Made by a program: the position numbers and the translations under genes. The notes beneath the pieces were generated by a model. The model searched no databases. It saw nothing but the letters and a program-made list of their open reading frames with translations, and was not told the origin of the DNA. Shown piece by piece: positions 25,392 to 25,708 of a stretch of DNA of 25,708 bases; within the stretch, counting starts at the first letter, position 1, and every line of letters begins with the position of its first letter. Location: IMG/VR virus record IMGVR_UViG_3300048598_000131. The stretch is one strand, 5' to 3'. This DNA is from a virus. Lineage: Duplodnaviria; Heunggongvirae; Uroviricota; Caudoviricetes.

Positions 25392-25534
25392 AAGCATTAA
25401 GAGATTCATTGATTATTTTAATAATTGTAGGGCTAGTTAGCTTCACCTGTAAAGACGACGTTGATGCGCTAGCCGTCGCTGCGATTACGGTTATTTTAAT
25501 GAATGATTTCTTTCCTGATAAGAAATCTAAATAG
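25388..25534 (+). CDS. Small (48-aa) predicted membrane protein, not in the ORF track
   Basis: Hand-translated MKALRDSLIILIIVGLVSFTCKDDVDALAVAAITVILMNDFFPDKKSK; two hydrophobic stretches; ATGA overlap with the previous gene. Confidence 0.65.
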   Translation: MKALRDSLIILIIVGLVSFTCKDDVDALAVAAITVILMNDFFPDKKSK

Positions 25535-25548
25535 AAATTAAGTATATA

Positions 25549-25708
25549 ATGACTATTACATTTTCAAGTATGGAGTCGGGGTTTCTTAAGGAAGTTAAGA
25601 GGTTCCTTAAGGGAGTTGCTGGTAGAAAGAAGGATGTCATTGAAGTGAAATACTGGCGTCACGATCACTCAGACGGATATGGTACTATCTATGGGTATGT
25701 GACTAAGT
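25549..25708 (+). CDS. Hypothetical protein, truncated by the window end
   Basis: MTITFSSMESGFLKEVKRFLKGVAGRKKDVIEVKYWRHDHSDGYGTIYGYVTK..., open to the edge. Confidence 0.6.
   Translation, partial: MTITFSSMESGFLKEVKRFLKGVAGRKKDVIEVKYWRHDHSDGYGTIYGYVTK

Noticed and set aside
25388-25450. Lipoprotein signal in the 48-aa protein (LVSFTC)
   Set aside because: Residues before Cys (S-F-T) do not fit the lipobox consensus [LVI][ASTVI][GAS]C.

Overview
Segment of a large (jumbo-like) contractile-tailed phage genome; no tRNA, CRISPR, integrase or transposase is visible. Left (1-8192, +): end of a probable structural operon with a 5'-truncated acidic protein, a 2H phosphoesterase (two HxT motifs, T4 gp57B/Acb1-like fold) and an 1854-aa baseplate-wedge-like protein carrying LamG and PKD/Ig-like domains. 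Middle (8207-10950, +): short early-type units behind sigma70-like, apparently leaderless promoters, encoding a dual-HTH protein, a small HAD hydrolase and thymidylate kinase. The dominant feature is an almost gapless, 11.8-kb minus-strand block (11159-22951) with at least 24 tandem paralogues of 127-177 aa. Twenty consecutive copies begin with the invariant DNA 8-mer ATGAACAA (MNKxxLL); most members share a C-terminal 'LLSLxY + helix' motif around a hypervariable core. Junctions are mostly ATGA overlaps or in-frame stop-NNN-ATG, and divergence increases away from the presumed promoter end. A second, unrelated array of five paralogues (23487-25391, +) points the opposite way from the same 230-bp control region. 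Functions of both arrays are unknown; a diversifying host-interaction or anti-defence repertoire is an inference only.
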